Source: Bacteroidota bacterium
GTDB taxonomy: Bacteria; Bacteroidota; Bacteroidia; UBA4408
DNA: 64,000 nucleotides
Assembly: GCA_016718805.1 (NCBI GenBank)
Contig: JADKCP010000003.1
Location: 455,564-519,563, forward strand
Direction of reading: 5' to 3'
Positions 28,967 to 39,655 of the stretch are shown here, one piece after another (within the stretch, counting starts at the first letter, position 1; every line of letters starts with the position of its first letter). The notes below the pieces were generated by a model. The model was not told the origin of the DNA, did no database searches, and saw only the letters and a program-made list of their open reading frames with translations. The position numbers and the translations under genes are program-made.

Positions 28967-30735
28967 TCAGCTATTTTTACCGTAAATTTTTTCAACCAGA
29001 ACTTTATATTTTTCAAGAATAAATTTCCTTTTTAATTTTAAAGTTGGAGTTAATTCACCGCTTTTAATACTCCATTCGCTAGCTATCAATTCAATTTTTT
29101 TCACCTGTTCCCATTTGCCGAATTCCTGATTGTAGAGTTCTATGTCTTCTTGAATTCGTGCAATTACTTCGGCCTTTGCAATCATGTCTTCGTTTGATGA
29201 TACAGCTATACCTTTGCGTTCGCACCATTCTTTTAAAAATACGAATGCCGGTTGTATCAAAGCAGCCGGAAAGTTTTTTCCTTCACCTATAACCATTACT
29301 TGTTCAATAAATTTCGATTCTTTAAATTTATTTTCTAGCAATTGTGGAGCAACATATTTACCTCCTGAAGTTTAAAAATTTCTTTTTTTCTATCGGTGAT
29401 TTTTAAGAAATCGGTATTTACAATTTCTCCAATATCTCCTGTGTGAAACCATCCCTCTTTATCAATTACATCGGCAGTTAAATCGGGTCTTTTGTAATAG
29501 CCCAACATCACACTCGGGCTCTTAATTAATATCTCTCCATCTTCAGCAATTTTTACCTGAACGCTATTTATTGCACGTCCTACAGAGCCAAACATAACGC
29601 CGTTATTTTTTTCGCAATTTACCGAAACAACTACTGCGGTTTCGGTAAGTCCATATCCTTCCATTACAGGAATTTTAGCAGCCATAAATACACGTGCTAA
29701 ACGAGGTTGCAGAGGTGCACTACCTGAGGCTATTGCTTTTACATTACCGCCCAATGCTTCACGCCATTTTGTGAAAATAAGTTTGTTGGCTATTTTCAGC
29801 TGTAATTCATACCACCAGCCATTTGCACCATTTAATTCAAAACGTAATCCTAAGGATACTGCCCAAAAGAATAAAGCCTTTTTAATTCCTTTTTGTTCCG
29901 AACCTTTGGCAATAATTCTATCGTACACTTTTTCAATCAAACGGGGCACTGCTGCAAAAATATCGGGTTTTACTTCGCGTATGTTTTCACCAATGGTATC
30001 CATCGATTCGGCATAATAAATAGATACTCCGGTAATTTGATACAAGTATGTAAGCATGCGTTCGTACACATGGCAAAGAGGTAAAAAGCTTAATGCTTTT
30101 GCATCGTTTCCTACAGGTAAACGTTCCACGCAATTTTTTGCATTGCTCATCATATTTTTATGCGAAATCATCGCACCCTTTGGATTTCCCGTAGTTCCCG
30201 AAGTATAAATAATGGTAGCTAAATCATCCTCAGCAACTGCATTCATTCTTGCTTTCACTTCATCTATGCGTGCCTTATTACCAAGTTCCAACAAGCTTGA
30301 CCAATGCGTAATTCCATCTATCTTATTAAAACTGTAAATTCCTTTAAGGCTTGAAACATCCTTTTTTACAGCATTTACTTTAGCAAGTATTTCAGTATCG
30401 GATACAAAAACGTAACGTACTTCAGCATCATTAAAAATAAACTTGTAATCGTTTTCTGATACTGTTGGATAAACCGGACAAACAATTCCTCCCACTTGTC
30501 CGATGCCTATATCCATGATGTTCCACTCAGGTCGGTTATTGCTGATGATGGCAATTTTATCGCCGGGTTGTATGCCTAGTTCTAGCAATCCCAAACTTAT
30601 TTTGTTGGCTAAATCAATGTATTCCTGTGTCGAAATACAAGTCCATTTTCCATCGGCTTTGCTGGCAAGTGCATCCTTTTGCGGAAAATGCTCGAGTTGA
30701 TAATACGGACAATCAAACAAACGTGTAGCTTCCAT
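28967..30735 (-). pseudogene. fadD: long-chain-fatty-acid--CoA ligase (AMP-dependent synthetase), split by a -1 frameshift near 29368-29372
   Basis: 466-aa ORF with AMP-binding motif IIYTSGTTGNPKGAM. The downstream 124-aa ORF continues the family. The upstream extension of its frame reads TSGGKYVAPQLLEN, joining ...DRKKEIFKL. One base is missing in the short T/A run aaac-tt-cagg. Confidence 0.75.
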
Positions 30736-31004
30736 AAAAATTCTTTTAAATGTTACACTCTATTTTTTCTGTAAATTTAATAAAGCATTGGCTAAAACCT
30801 AATTTGAAAAGCAATTTACGATGTTCGAATTAAGCTATTCCTACTTTCTAAGATAAGTTGCTAATGTAAATTCAGGATTAATGCTAAAGTTAGGAATAGT
30901 AGATTTCTAAAGACTTAGAAAGGTTTTAGCAAAATGAAAATACCTGCTTGAATAGCTATGATGTTCAGAAAAAGTACCAGCTATTTTGAAATTTCAATCC
31001 CATT

Positions 31005-32789
31005 TTAAACCTCCAAATCCAATTGCTTACGTAAGGTTTCAATGGCTGGATTGATGGACATCATGTACTTAAACTTTTCGATGTTAGTGTAAGGCTTTTT
31101 TTCAATGCCTTCCTTTTTGTTGAGTATGCTAATTACCTGAATTTCCTGGTTCATTAATTCCTTACGGAGATGCCCAAGCAAATCAATTTTTTCGCGGTTA
31201 AATTCATCTTCCTGCACTTTATTATCGAGGCAAAATTCAATCACAAAATTATCCGTCAACTTTGGTTTGTAAGTGCTGAGCGTGCTGTAGAAATTTACTT
31301 TACCGGATGCATTGATTTTTTGAGCAAAATTTTTCCAACTTAGTTCCAAAGCTTCCTGACTAAACAATTTTTTGTTGGGATCGGTTTTTTCTTCACCGCT
31401 TTGCTCAGTAACAACAGTAGTGCTAACTTGCTTGTTAGCTTGGGTAAATTTTGATATAGAAAAACTAGGAATCGCAGGAGAAAGCTTTGGCTTTAGCTCT
31501 TTAACAGGAAGCGATTCAGGTAGTGGGTTTGTGCTTAGGGTTTCTGATTTAACTGTAGCATCAACAGTGGCAGCGGGCGCAGCGGCACTAGCAGGTGCAA
31601 CCAGGGCAGTAGTTGGAGAACTATTTGAAGGGGCTGAAATAGCTACCTTTTGCTCTATGCCATCATTTTTTTTTTCAGCCTCGTGGCTGTTTTTCAGTAA
31701 TTGTTGACTACATAATTGCATTAAACTCAGCTCGACCAGCAAGCGTTGATTTTTGCTTACCTTGTACTTGTAGTCGGCATTGTTTAAAGTGTTGAGCCCA
31801 TTTATTAAAAACACGAGCGAACATTTTTGAGTTTGTTCTTTGTATTTTTCGCGAATAGTAGTACCTACTTCCAACAATTGCAATGTGGCGCTATCCTTAC
31901 TTACCAGCAAATTGCGGTAATGTTCGGCAAGTCCATTTATAAAATTATGGCCATCAAAACCATTGTTAAGTACTTCGTTATACAAAAGCAAACTTTCGGA
32001 AATATTCTCGGCCAAAATAAAATCGGTCATCTTAAAATAGTAATCGTAATCTAAAATATTCAGATTGTCGATTACTGCTTTGTAAGTGATGCTATTGCCG
32101 GCGAAACTCACAATTTGATCAAACATACTTAAAGCATCACGTAAAGCACCATCAGCTTTTTGAGCAATAATGTGTAAACCATCCGTTTCGGCGCTTATGT
32201 TTTCGCTTTTGGCAATAAAGGCTAAGTGATTTGCGATGTCTTCAATTTGAATACGGTTAAAATCAAATATCTGACAACGCGATAAAATAGTAGGAATAAT
32301 TTTGTGCTTTTCGGTAGTTGCTAAAATAAAAATAGCGTGTGCAGGCGGCTCTTCCAAGGTCTTTAAAAATGCGTTAAAGGCCTGGTTACTCAACATGTGC
32401 ACCTCGTCAATAATGTACACTTTAAATTGTCCGAGTTGAGGAGCAAATCGTACCTGATCTACCAAATTACGGATATCGTCTACGGAGTTATTGGAAGCAG
32501 CATCGAGCTCGTGCACATTCAACGATTGCCCATTGTTAAACGATACACAACTTTCGCAGGTATCACAAGCTTCAACTTGCTCGGTTAAGTTAAAACAGTT
32601 GATGGTTTTAGCTAGAATTCTGGCACAAGTAGTTTTACCCACACCACGTGGACCGCAAAATAAAAATGCTTGTGCCAGGTGCTTGTTTTTAATGGCATTT
32701 TGTAGGGTATTGGTTATATGCATTTGCCCAACCACCGTATGAAAGGTTGCCGGGCGATACTTACGAGCCGATACGATAAACTGATCCAT
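31005..32789 (-). CDS. dnaX: DNA polymerase III subunits gamma/tau
   Basis: Walker A CGPRGVGKTTCARILAK. Zinc module CDTCESC. Low-complexity S/A/T-rich linker. 594 aa. Confidence 0.9.
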   Translation of the reverse strand: MDQFIVSARKYRPATFHTVVGQMHITNTLQNAIKNKHLAQAFLFCGPRGVGKTTCARILAKTINCFNLTEQVEACDTCESCVSFNNGQSLNVHELDAASNNSVDDIRNLVDQVRFAPQLGQFKVYIIDEVHMLSNQAFNAFLKTLEEPPAHAIFILATTEKHKIIPTILSRCQIFDFNRIQIEDIANHLAFIAKSENISAETDGLHIIAQKADGALRDALSMFDQIVSFAGNSITYKAVIDNLNILDYDYYFKMTDFILAENISESLLLYNEVLNNGFDGHNFINGLAEHYRNLLVSKDSATLQLLEVGTTIREKYKEQTQKCSLVFLINGLNTLNNADYKYKVSKNQRLLVELSLMQLCSQQLLKNSHEAEKKNDGIEQKVAISAPSNSSPTTALVAPASAAAPAATVDATVKSETLSTNPLPESLPVKELKPKLSPAIPSFSISKFTQANKQVSTTVVTEQSGEEKTDPNKKLFSQEALELSWKNFAQKINASGKVNFYSTLSTYKPKLTDNFVIEFCLDNKVQEDEFNREKIDLLGHLRKELMNQEIQVISILNKKEGIEKKPYTNIEKFKYMMSINPAIETLRKQLDLEV

Positions 32790-33020
32790 TAATTTTTAAA
32801 ATTATTGAGGGCAAATATAAAGCAAAAGCTACTTGATAAAGTAGGATGGGATATTTTGTTGAAAAGAAATTTATTTTTTTTTGAAATTACTAGCAGTCTT
32901 GATTTTCCTACCTACCCTTAGCTTGGCCGGAGAAATGGAAGGCAGTATCTTTCTTTTCGAACAAGCAAAAAGAAAAAAATGATGAATTAAAAATTAAACT
33001 TCAACGATAAACTCAATCGC

Positions 33021-34304
33021 CTAGTTTAACAAAGCATGAATTTTATCTCGCAATATTTTTCTCTCTGGAGCCGATTGACTAAGCTGCATTGCCGTTTCAA
33101 AGTTTTTCTTTGCCTCAACACTATTCAATAATAACGCATTAATTTCGCCTAATAGACTGTGATACAGATAAAAGTTATGCATTTTTTTATCCTCTGCAAG
33201 CATTGTTAATTGTTGCTTAGCCGCTAATGCTCCTTCCACTTGAAGCAGGGCCACAACCTTATTCAACTCAGCTACCGGAGATGGAGCAATTTTACAAAGC
33301 CAATTGTATAAATCTAAAATTCTAAGCCAATTTGTTTTTTCAAAATTTGGAGCAATACAATGCTCGTATGCAATTGCAGCCTCTAAATGATAGGAGGTAA
33401 TGGCATCGCCAAAAGCAGCTTGGTTCATATACTCATTGCCTCTTGCTATCAGTTCAAAATTCCAGGTACTGCGATCTTGTACAGGCAATAAAATTATTTC
33501 ACCTGTTGCAGAAATTCTACTCTCGCTGCGTGCTGCGTGAAAACACATCAAAGCCATTAAGGCATAACATTGCGGCAATTGAGTTCTTTTATTTTCGAGC
33601 AGCAATTTACAAAGCAACATGGCTTCGTCAATCAAGTCTTTTCTTATTAGTTCGTTTGAATGAGTCGAACTATATCCTTCGTTAAACAATAAGTAAATTG
33701 AATTTAAAACGGCTTCTGTTCTATTTTGCAATTCGTCATTTGAAGGAATTGCGAATTTTATTTTTTGTTCACGAAAAAACTCTTTTGTTCGGTACAACCT
33801 TTTAGAAACGGTATCTTCGGAAGTAAGAAAAGTTTTTGCAATTTCAGCTGTACTAAATCCGCACAGTGTTTTAAGTATAAGGGTTATTTGATTTTCGGTC
33901 GAAATTTCTGCATGACAGCAGGCAAACATCATGCGCAACATATCGTCTTGTACCAAATCTTCGTTCCATAATTTATCCATTGTACTTGCTAATGTATACT
34001 CCGAAGTGAGCAACATGCGCTCGCTATCGTTAAAATCATAATTGCGCGAATACTTATTTTTGCGCACTACATCAATGGCTTTGTTTTTTGCCACTTTGAA
34101 TAACCAGGCAGATGGATTTTCAGGAACTCCTTTAAATTTCCATAGTTGAATAGCATCCATAAAAGTTTGTTGCACTACGTCTTCGGCAGTTTCCAAATTT
34201 TCGGGACCAAATATTTTTGTTAAAACAGAAACCATCTTTCCCGATTCATGCCGGAAAAGATGGTCGGTGAGTTGATTGATGCTGGCTGGTTTTTCCAAGT
34301 TCAA
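33021..34304 (-). CDS. ECF-type sigma-70 family sigma factor with long C-terminal extension (DUF6596-like)
   Basis: Region 2 (VVQQTFMDAIQLW..., WLFKVAKNKAIDVVRK) and region 4 (GFSTAEIAKTFLTSEDTVSKRLYR) followed by ~200 extra residues. Adjacent YciI-like gene as is typical. Confidence 0.65.
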   Translation of the reverse strand: MNLEKPASINQLTDHLFRHESGKMVSVLTKIFGPENLETAEDVVQQTFMDAIQLWKFKGVPENPSAWLFKVAKNKAIDVVRKNKYSRNYDFNDSERMLLTSEYTLASTMDKLWNEDLVQDDMLRMMFACCHAEISTENQITLILKTLCGFSTAEIAKTFLTSEDTVSKRLYRTKEFFREQKIKFAIPSNDELQNRTEAVLNSIYLLFNEGYSSTHSNELIRKDLIDEAMLLCKLLLENKRTQLPQCYALMALMCFHAARSESRISATGEIILLPVQDRSTWNFELIARGNEYMNQAAFGDAITSYHLEAAIAYEHCIAPNFEKTNWLRILDLYNWLCKIAPSPVAELNKVVALLQVEGALAAKQQLTMLAEDKKMHNFYLYHSLLGEINALLLNSVEAKKNFETAMQLSQSAPERKILRDKIHALLN

Positions 34305-34436
34305 AAAATCGAATAAATAAGCTACTCAAAAACAAGCACAAATATTAATTCTGCTTTATTCCTCTAAAATTAATTACCTGCTGCAAATAGTTTAGAAAAT
34401 GCAATGCACTTTACAAAGCAGGCAGGCAACGAGGTA

Positions 34437-34784
34437 TTACATTGCAAGTTCTTTAATTTCTCTTACTTCTACCGTACCATCGTGCTCTAAAATAGGGCAT
34501 TCCATCGATATTTCAACGGCTTCTTCGTAAGAAGCAGCATGGCATAATAGATAACCACCTACTAGTTCTTTGCCTTCCATATACGGGCCATCGCTAATAA
34601 CTTTTTTTGTACCGCTTACCATTTTACCGCTATTGGCCAATGGTTGCGCCCCAATTAATTTACCTTGCTCTTTTAAATTGCCCATCCACTGCATCCATTT
34701 TTGCATGTGTGCTTGCCATTTCTCCGGCGATTGTTGAGCTGATTGCGCATCGCCACCTCTAAATATTAATAAGTATTCTGCCAT
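34437..34784 (-). CDS. YciI-like (DGPF) domain protein
   Basis: ~115 aa, ...GAQPL...DGPY..E..GGY motif pattern. Classic partner of the preceding sigma-factor family. Confidence 0.55.
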   Translation of the reverse strand: MAEYLLIFRGGDAQSAQQSPEKWQAHMQKWMQWMGNLKEQGKLIGAQPLANSGKMVSGTKKVISDGPYMEGKELVGGYLLCHAASYEEAVEISMECPILEHDGTVEVREIKELAM

Positions 34785-34798
34785 AAATTTTTTATTAT

Positions 34799-35179
34799 TT
34801 ATTTGTTTGAATGTAGTCCAATAGAATTGCCTTCTGTATCAGTAAAAAATGCCATAAACCCATTAGGACCTAAACTCGTTTTGGGCATTGTTATTTCTCC
34901 ACCGGCTTTGGTAACTTTTGCCAATACAGTCTTTAAATCAGGATTCGCATTTAAATAAATTTTTGCACCCGATTTACTGGGCTTGTGCATTTTACTTTGG
35001 CACAGACCGCCATTGGCTTTACCGCTTTTTGGTTCGGATGGGAAAAAAGCCATTTGCATACCCATCATTTCCATTTCGGGCATTTTAATTCCTAAAATAG
35101 TTTCGTAAAACTTTTTGGCTCGTTTGATATCTTTCACAGAGATTTCAAACCAATTAAGTGAATTTTCTTTTGAAGTCAT
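34799..35179 (-). CDS. VOC-family (glyoxalase/bleomycin-resistance fold) protein
   Basis: 126 aa, FYETILGIKM... glyoxalase-like beta-alpha-beta(3) signature. Confidence 0.6.
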   Translation of the reverse strand: MTSKENSLNWFEISVKDIKRAKKFYETILGIKMPEMEMMGMQMAFFPSEPKSGKANGGLCQSKMHKPSKSGAKIYLNANPDLKTVLAKVTKAGGEITMPKTSLGPNGFMAFFTDTEGNSIGLHSNK

Positions 35180-35234
35180 GTCAATACTTTTTTATAATTA
35201 ATACTTGAAACGTTTGTTTTAAAATTATACAGCC

Positions 35235-35717
35235 TTAGTACTTCATAGCTACTTTGGTATGGTACTTTTTCAAGAAAGCCATTTGTCCAATATCATAGCT
35301 TTCGTGTTGTGCTAGAAAGGCCACAGTACCACCAAATGTAAAATCGCCAATTGGGCTTTTTAAAGGGCTTTCAGCTGCTAAGTGTTCTTCGGTTACTGTG
35401 TTTAATGCTTCTTTTAATAATTCTGAAGCTTTGTTCCATTCTACTTTCACTTCGGCCAAAGTAGGATAGTTGTCTTTGGGATCATAGGCTTTAAAATTTT
35501 CAAATTTTCCTTCGTACGGATTTTTAGCAGGTTTCCCTAACATAGCGCAAATATTAAATCGTGCCCAAGTAGTATGAGTAGCTAACCAAATTAATGGATT
35601 GTTGTGATCACTAATTCTTTGATTGGCTTGTTCATCGTTTACGCCTTCTAAAGCTGCGATAAATAATCGACTGTTCATGACTAACATGATTTCAGCAGGA
35701 TAAATGGATTTTTTCAT
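35235..35717 (-). CDS. DinB/YfiT-like four-helix-bundle protein (DinB_2 family)
   Basis: 160 aa, His-containing helices (WLATHTTWARFN, AQHESYDIGQ). Confidence 0.5.
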   Translation of the reverse strand: MKKSIYPAEIMLVMNSRLFIAALEGVNDEQANQRISDHNNPLIWLATHTTWARFNICAMLGKPAKNPYEGKFENFKAYDPKDNYPTLAEVKVEWNKASELLKEALNTVTEEHLAAESPLKSPIGDFTFGGTVAFLAQHESYDIGQMAFLKKYHTKVAMKY

Positions 35718-35791
35718 TTTAATTTTTTTAGAGTTTATACAGCAATGACGAACAGGTTTTTAAAATTTGGACAAGCTTTTAAAAATATTTT

Positions 35792-36229
35792 TTATATTCT
35801 ATATCCCGCAGTGCCAAATGCTTCTCCATTACCTGTTTGACAATATTGCCGCAAACTTTCCATGTAGCGCGCCCAAGCAAAACTGCAAATGGCATAAAAA
35901 TCATCTTGCTCATTCCATCCTTCGTGCGAAAATCGTACGCGAGTTTTACCCTCATTTTCATCTAATAAAAAAGTAAGTAGGTTTCCTTTCCATCCATGGT
36001 TACTCTCCATACATTCCCATACAAGTTTTTCATCCATGCTCATTTCTTTCACTTTCATATCTGGTCCACCATTGGTAGAAAAGCGAAATTGTATAATACC
36101 TCCTAAAGCCGCATCGCCCGAAGTTTCAATGGTCCACCAGTTGCGTAACCCATTTATGCTGGTTATAGCTTCAAATACTTTTGTTTTTGGTGCATGTATG
36201 TGCAGCAAGTGTTTAATAGCGTAGTTCAT
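35792..36229 (-). CDS. SRPBCC-superfamily protein (AHSA1/polyketide-cyclase-like)
   Basis: 145 aa, HAPKTKVFEAITSINGLRNWW start typical of the Activator-of-Hsp90-ATPase-homolog domain. Confidence 0.6.
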   Translation of the reverse strand: MNYAIKHLLHIHAPKTKVFEAITSINGLRNWWTIETSGDAALGGIIQFRFSTNGGPDMKVKEMSMDEKLVWECMESNHGWKGNLLTFLLDENEGKTRVRFSHEGWNEQDDFYAICSFAWARYMESLRQYCQTGNGEAFGTAGYRI

Positions 36230-36425
36230 TTTTTATTAGGTTTTAGAAGTATGACGAATGGATTTTTAAATTAGGACAAGAACACATATTAGTTGGAAGC
36301 TTTTTAAATCTCTAAAAACAATTTATTACAAGATTATCCTAACCAAATTTTGCAATGACTAGTGCTGCGCTTAAAGAGCTTATTCAGAAAAAAATTTCCA
36401 AAAGTATACAGCGAGAAAATCTTGT

Positions 36426-37838
36426 TTAGTTTTTCAAAAATTTATTGGAATGCATTTTACCGCCTGTATAAATCAGCATATAATAGATGCCACTTTTCAG
36501 GTTTGAGCAAGTGAAACCATCAAATTCATTTTGTTCTTCAGCTATAGTTTTGCCCATATAATCAATCACACAAATCCGATCAATCTTAACATTTTTGCTG
36601 TTTTCTATTCGTATATAATCGTTCACCGGATTAGGATAAATACTAAAAGCGTTTTGAATTTCATCGATGGATACCGCCAAGCAAAAAACGCTAACCGGCA
36701 CCGAACTGCTGGTGAATGTTCCATTTCCCAATGTTCCACTTAGGTTATTTCCCCACGATTTCAATTCGCCCGTTGTTTTCAATGCCAATGTAGAGTTGAT
36801 ACCGGCTGAACATTTAGCCCAATTGGTATCGATTCCAATTTTTTGTGGCACATATTTATCAATCAAACTATTATCGCCTAACTGGCCAAAATTGTTGCGG
36901 CCCCAAGTCCATAAAGTTCCGTTCGACTTAATAGCAACAAAATGATAGTAGCCCGAAGATATATCTACCCAATCGCTATCGCTTCCTATTTGCACAGGAT
37001 AATATTTATCAATGAGTGATGTATCAACTTGACCAAAAGTGTTATCTCCCCAAGCCCAAACTGTTCCGTTGGCTTTTAAACCAATAGTAGCCCAATATTT
37101 TGACGATACTTTTACCCAGTTGCTATCCGTTCCAATAGGCACAGGAAGTGGTCTGTTTAAGTTTGTACCATCACCCAATTGCCCGGCATTATTTTCTCCC
37201 CAGGCCCAAAGTGTGCCGTTGGTTTTAATGGCATGCATGTGTCCATGACTGGGCGAAATAAATTTCCAATTGGTGCTACTGTCAACCAAGGTAGGGCTAT
37301 TGTATTGATTGTAATTTCCAACACCTAACTGACCTTTATTATTTCGTCCCCAGGTCCATAAAGTACCATTTGTTTTAATGGCACAACTTGAGGCATAACC
37401 ACAAGCAGCAGTATCCCAATCGTATTGCAGGCCCATTTGCGAAAGTACAGGTACATCTCCTGTTCCGCCCAATCCTAATTGCCCGTACATATTCCAACCT
37501 GAAGTCCATAAACTACCATCGTTTCTTTTGGCAATCAAATGCCAACCACCGGCTGAGGTCGAAGTCCATTTTTTTCCATAAGCATAATACAAAGGAGAAG
37601 AGCTATTACTGTAGGTTCCATTGCCATACTGCCCTTTTCCATTGTTACCCCAAACCCAAAGTGTGCTATCGGTTCGAAGTGCAGTTGACATACTATTGTT
37701 GGTTGAAATATATTTCCAGCATTGTGCATGAAGCAGGTTGGCTGTGCTGCTTAAAAGGAGGAAAACAAGTAGTAGGTGTAAGTTTTTTTTCATTTTTTTT
37801 TTGTTGTTGAAACAGGTGTTGATGCCAGTGATAATCAA
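36426..37838 (-). CDS. RCC1-repeat (seven-bladed propeller-like) protein with T9SS C-terminal sorting domain
   Basis: Six or more W-x-WG-x-N-x-x-GQLG repeats (WVWGNNGKGQYGNG, WTWGRNNKGQLGVG, WAWGENNAGQLGDG, WTWGRNNFGQLGDN ...). Signal peptide. CTD FSIYPNPVNDYIRIEN...GIYYMLI. Confidence 0.7.
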   Translation of the reverse strand: MIITGINTCFNNKKKMKKNLHLLLVFLLLSSTANLLHAQCWKYISTNNSMSTALRTDSTLWVWGNNGKGQYGNGTYSNSSSPLYYAYGKKWTSTSAGGWHLIAKRNDGSLWTSGWNMYGQLGLGGTGDVPVLSQMGLQYDWDTAACGYASSCAIKTNGTLWTWGRNNKGQLGVGNYNQYNSPTLVDSSTNWKFISPSHGHMHAIKTNGTLWAWGENNAGQLGDGTNLNRPLPVPIGTDSNWVKVSSKYWATIGLKANGTVWAWGDNTFGQVDTSLIDKYYPVQIGSDSDWVDISSGYYHFVAIKSNGTLWTWGRNNFGQLGDNSLIDKYVPQKIGIDTNWAKCSAGINSTLALKTTGELKSWGNNLSGTLGNGTFTSSSVPVSVFCLAVSIDEIQNAFSIYPNPVNDYIRIENSKNVKIDRICVIDYMGKTIAEEQNEFDGFTCSNLKSGIYYMLIYTGGKMHSNKFLKN

Positions 37839-38248
37839 AAAGTATGTTCCGCAAGCTGACTAGTTATGCTTATTTGTTTATTAGCAATAATGTCGAAATA
37901 ACAAGTGCACTAAAATTAGCAAAATTTTACCGCTAAACTATTTGAACAAATTATTTTGTATTAAAACTTCGTGCGAGTTTTAATGTTAAAGCTCGACTAA
38001 TTTTTATATTTAGTTAGGCTATTATCCCTTTTACTGCAGAAATAGGGTAAAAAGGAATGTTTTATTTGTTTTTTTAGACTTATTGTGTGGGTAAGACAAT
38101 GATTCTTCAACTACCGTATTCAGATTAAACGAGGTGTTTTAATTATTGAAACACACAAGTTTGGAAGAATGCGCGAGAGTGGATATACTTTTTTAATACG
38201 TACTTTTGCAATTAGGCAAAAAATCACGAAGTTTACATTAAACAGTTA

Positions 38249-39244
38249 TTGCTATTACTAATGCTAAGAATCACACTAAAAATAGTATTTGCTTTCTGTC
38301 TCTGCTTTAACAATGTTTCTGCACAAAATCTTGTACCGAATGGGAGTTTTGAGAATTTCACTAATTGCCCAAATACATTCGGTCAAATTTATAGAGCGGA
38401 TGACTGGTTTCAGCCACACAAATATCCATGGTCAAATAGTGTAACCTTTTGCAGTAGTAGCGATTATTATAATTCCTGCGACGATTCAACTTCTTTTGTT
38501 TCAGTTCCGACTAGTCAAAACGGTTATCAATTTGCTCATACAGGAACCGCTTATGCAGGCATTTGTTATTATTTTTTTCTACAAAATGGTAATGCGTTTA
38601 GAGAATACATAGAGATTAAACTTAGTCAAACTCTTGTTGCCAATAAGAAATACAATTTGAAATATTACGTTTCTTTGGCTAATAGGAGTCGTTGGTCAAT
38701 TACAAGATTTGATGCTCATTTGTCGAATGACAGTTTGTTGCATAGCTCTACCAATTTAATAAAAATACCGGTTACTCCTCAATTTGAATATTATGGACGA
38801 ATTAATGACACCTTAAACTGGGTGCAAGTTGCAGGCAGTTACACAGCAATTGGGACCGAGAACTACCTAACCTTAGGAAATTTCCATGATGGAATTGATT
38901 CGGATTCAATGCAGGAACTACCTCCGAACGTTCCTCAATTCGGTTTTGCATATTATTATATAGATGATGTAAGTTTAGTTGAAGATACAATCACGGGTTT
39001 AGAAGAAGAAAGAAAAATTTCACTTCAAGTATACCCTAACCCTTCATATGAAAGCATACAAGTATTTAATCCGAATGTAACAGGCTCAAATAAATTATTT
39101 AAAATAGTTGATCAGTTTGGCTTGGAAAGAATAAATACTGCGCTTTTACTTGAAACAACAATAATCCCATTGCAAAGTCTGCCTGTAGGAGTTTATTATT
39201 GGAAGTGGGGTGAAGAAATGGGGAAAATTGTGGTGATTAAATAA
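38249..39244 (+). CDS. hypothetical secreted protein with T9SS C-terminal sorting domain
   Basis: Signal peptide. CTD LQVYPNPSYESIQVFN ... GVYYWKW. Confidence 0.55.
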   Translation: MLLLMLRITLKIVFAFCLCFNNVSAQNLVPNGSFENFTNCPNTFGQIYRADDWFQPHKYPWSNSVTFCSSSDYYNSCDDSTSFVSVPTSQNGYQFAHTGTAYAGICYYFFLQNGNAFREYIEIKLSQTLVANKKYNLKYYVSLANRSRWSITRFDAHLSNDSLLHSSTNLIKIPVTPQFEYYGRINDTLNWVQVAGSYTAIGTENYLTLGNFHDGIDSDSMQELPPNVPQFGFAYYYIDDVSLVEDTITGLEEERKISLQVYPNPSYESIQVFNPNVTGSNKLFKIVDQFGLERINTALLLETTIIPLQSLPVGVYYWKWGEEMGKIVVIK

Positions 39245-39421
39245 TTAAATTAGCGAATCAAACAAAAAGAAATACCTATCGCACTTCGCGCGCATTCGAT
39301 GATAAAAAGCAAATAAAAATGAAAAGTAATTTTGCAGTGTATTATTTGCAACTTTAAATAGGGAGTTCCGCTGGTAATTGTAGCAAATACATGGCCTAAA
39401 TTTTTGCACCTGTCGTTATTT

Positions 39422-39437
39422 AAACTTACCGAATAAC
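39422..39437. repeat. 16-bp perfect direct repeat, copy 1 (aaacttaccgaataac)
   Basis: Identical 16-mer recurs at 40397-40412, on the other side of the toxin-antitoxin pair. Confidence 0.7.
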
Positions 39438-39457
39438 GTTTTGCCTTACCAGATGGA

Positions 39458-39613
39458 TTTTATTTTGGGCTTTCGTGACAGTGTCGCTTCGTCAAAAATA
39501 TTGCATGTAAGATAAAAAAAATTCTTTACCGAAATTTATATTGCAATATTTTCCTTGCAAGAAGTTTGAGCAAACTTTAAAGTTAATCGACTTTCTGACC
39601 GCCCAAAATAAAA
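39458..39613. repeat. 13-bp inverted repeat (ttttattttgggc / gcccaaaataaaa) enclosing a 130-bp AT-rich segment
   Basis: Read directly. The interior contains a third degenerate copy of the cttaccgaa-t motif (39524-39538). Confidence 0.5.
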
Positions 39614-39655
39614 ATTATCTGGTAGCCGCTGTGATCAGTTGGTTTTTTTCCACCG

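Noticed and set aside
30736-31004. 270-bp intergenic region between fadD and dnaX examined for ncRNA or repeats
   Set aside because: It is AT-rich with no repeats, hairpins or conserved motifs recognisable. It most likely holds just the fadD promoter.
32790-33020. Possible 4.5S/SRP RNA (ffs) upstream of dnaX, as in many bacteria (ttggccggagaaatggaaggcag)
   Set aside because: There is only a weak resemblance to the conserved GGAAGGAAGCAGC domain-IV motif. No convincing helix 8 pairing could be folded by hand. It needs a cmsearch to settle.
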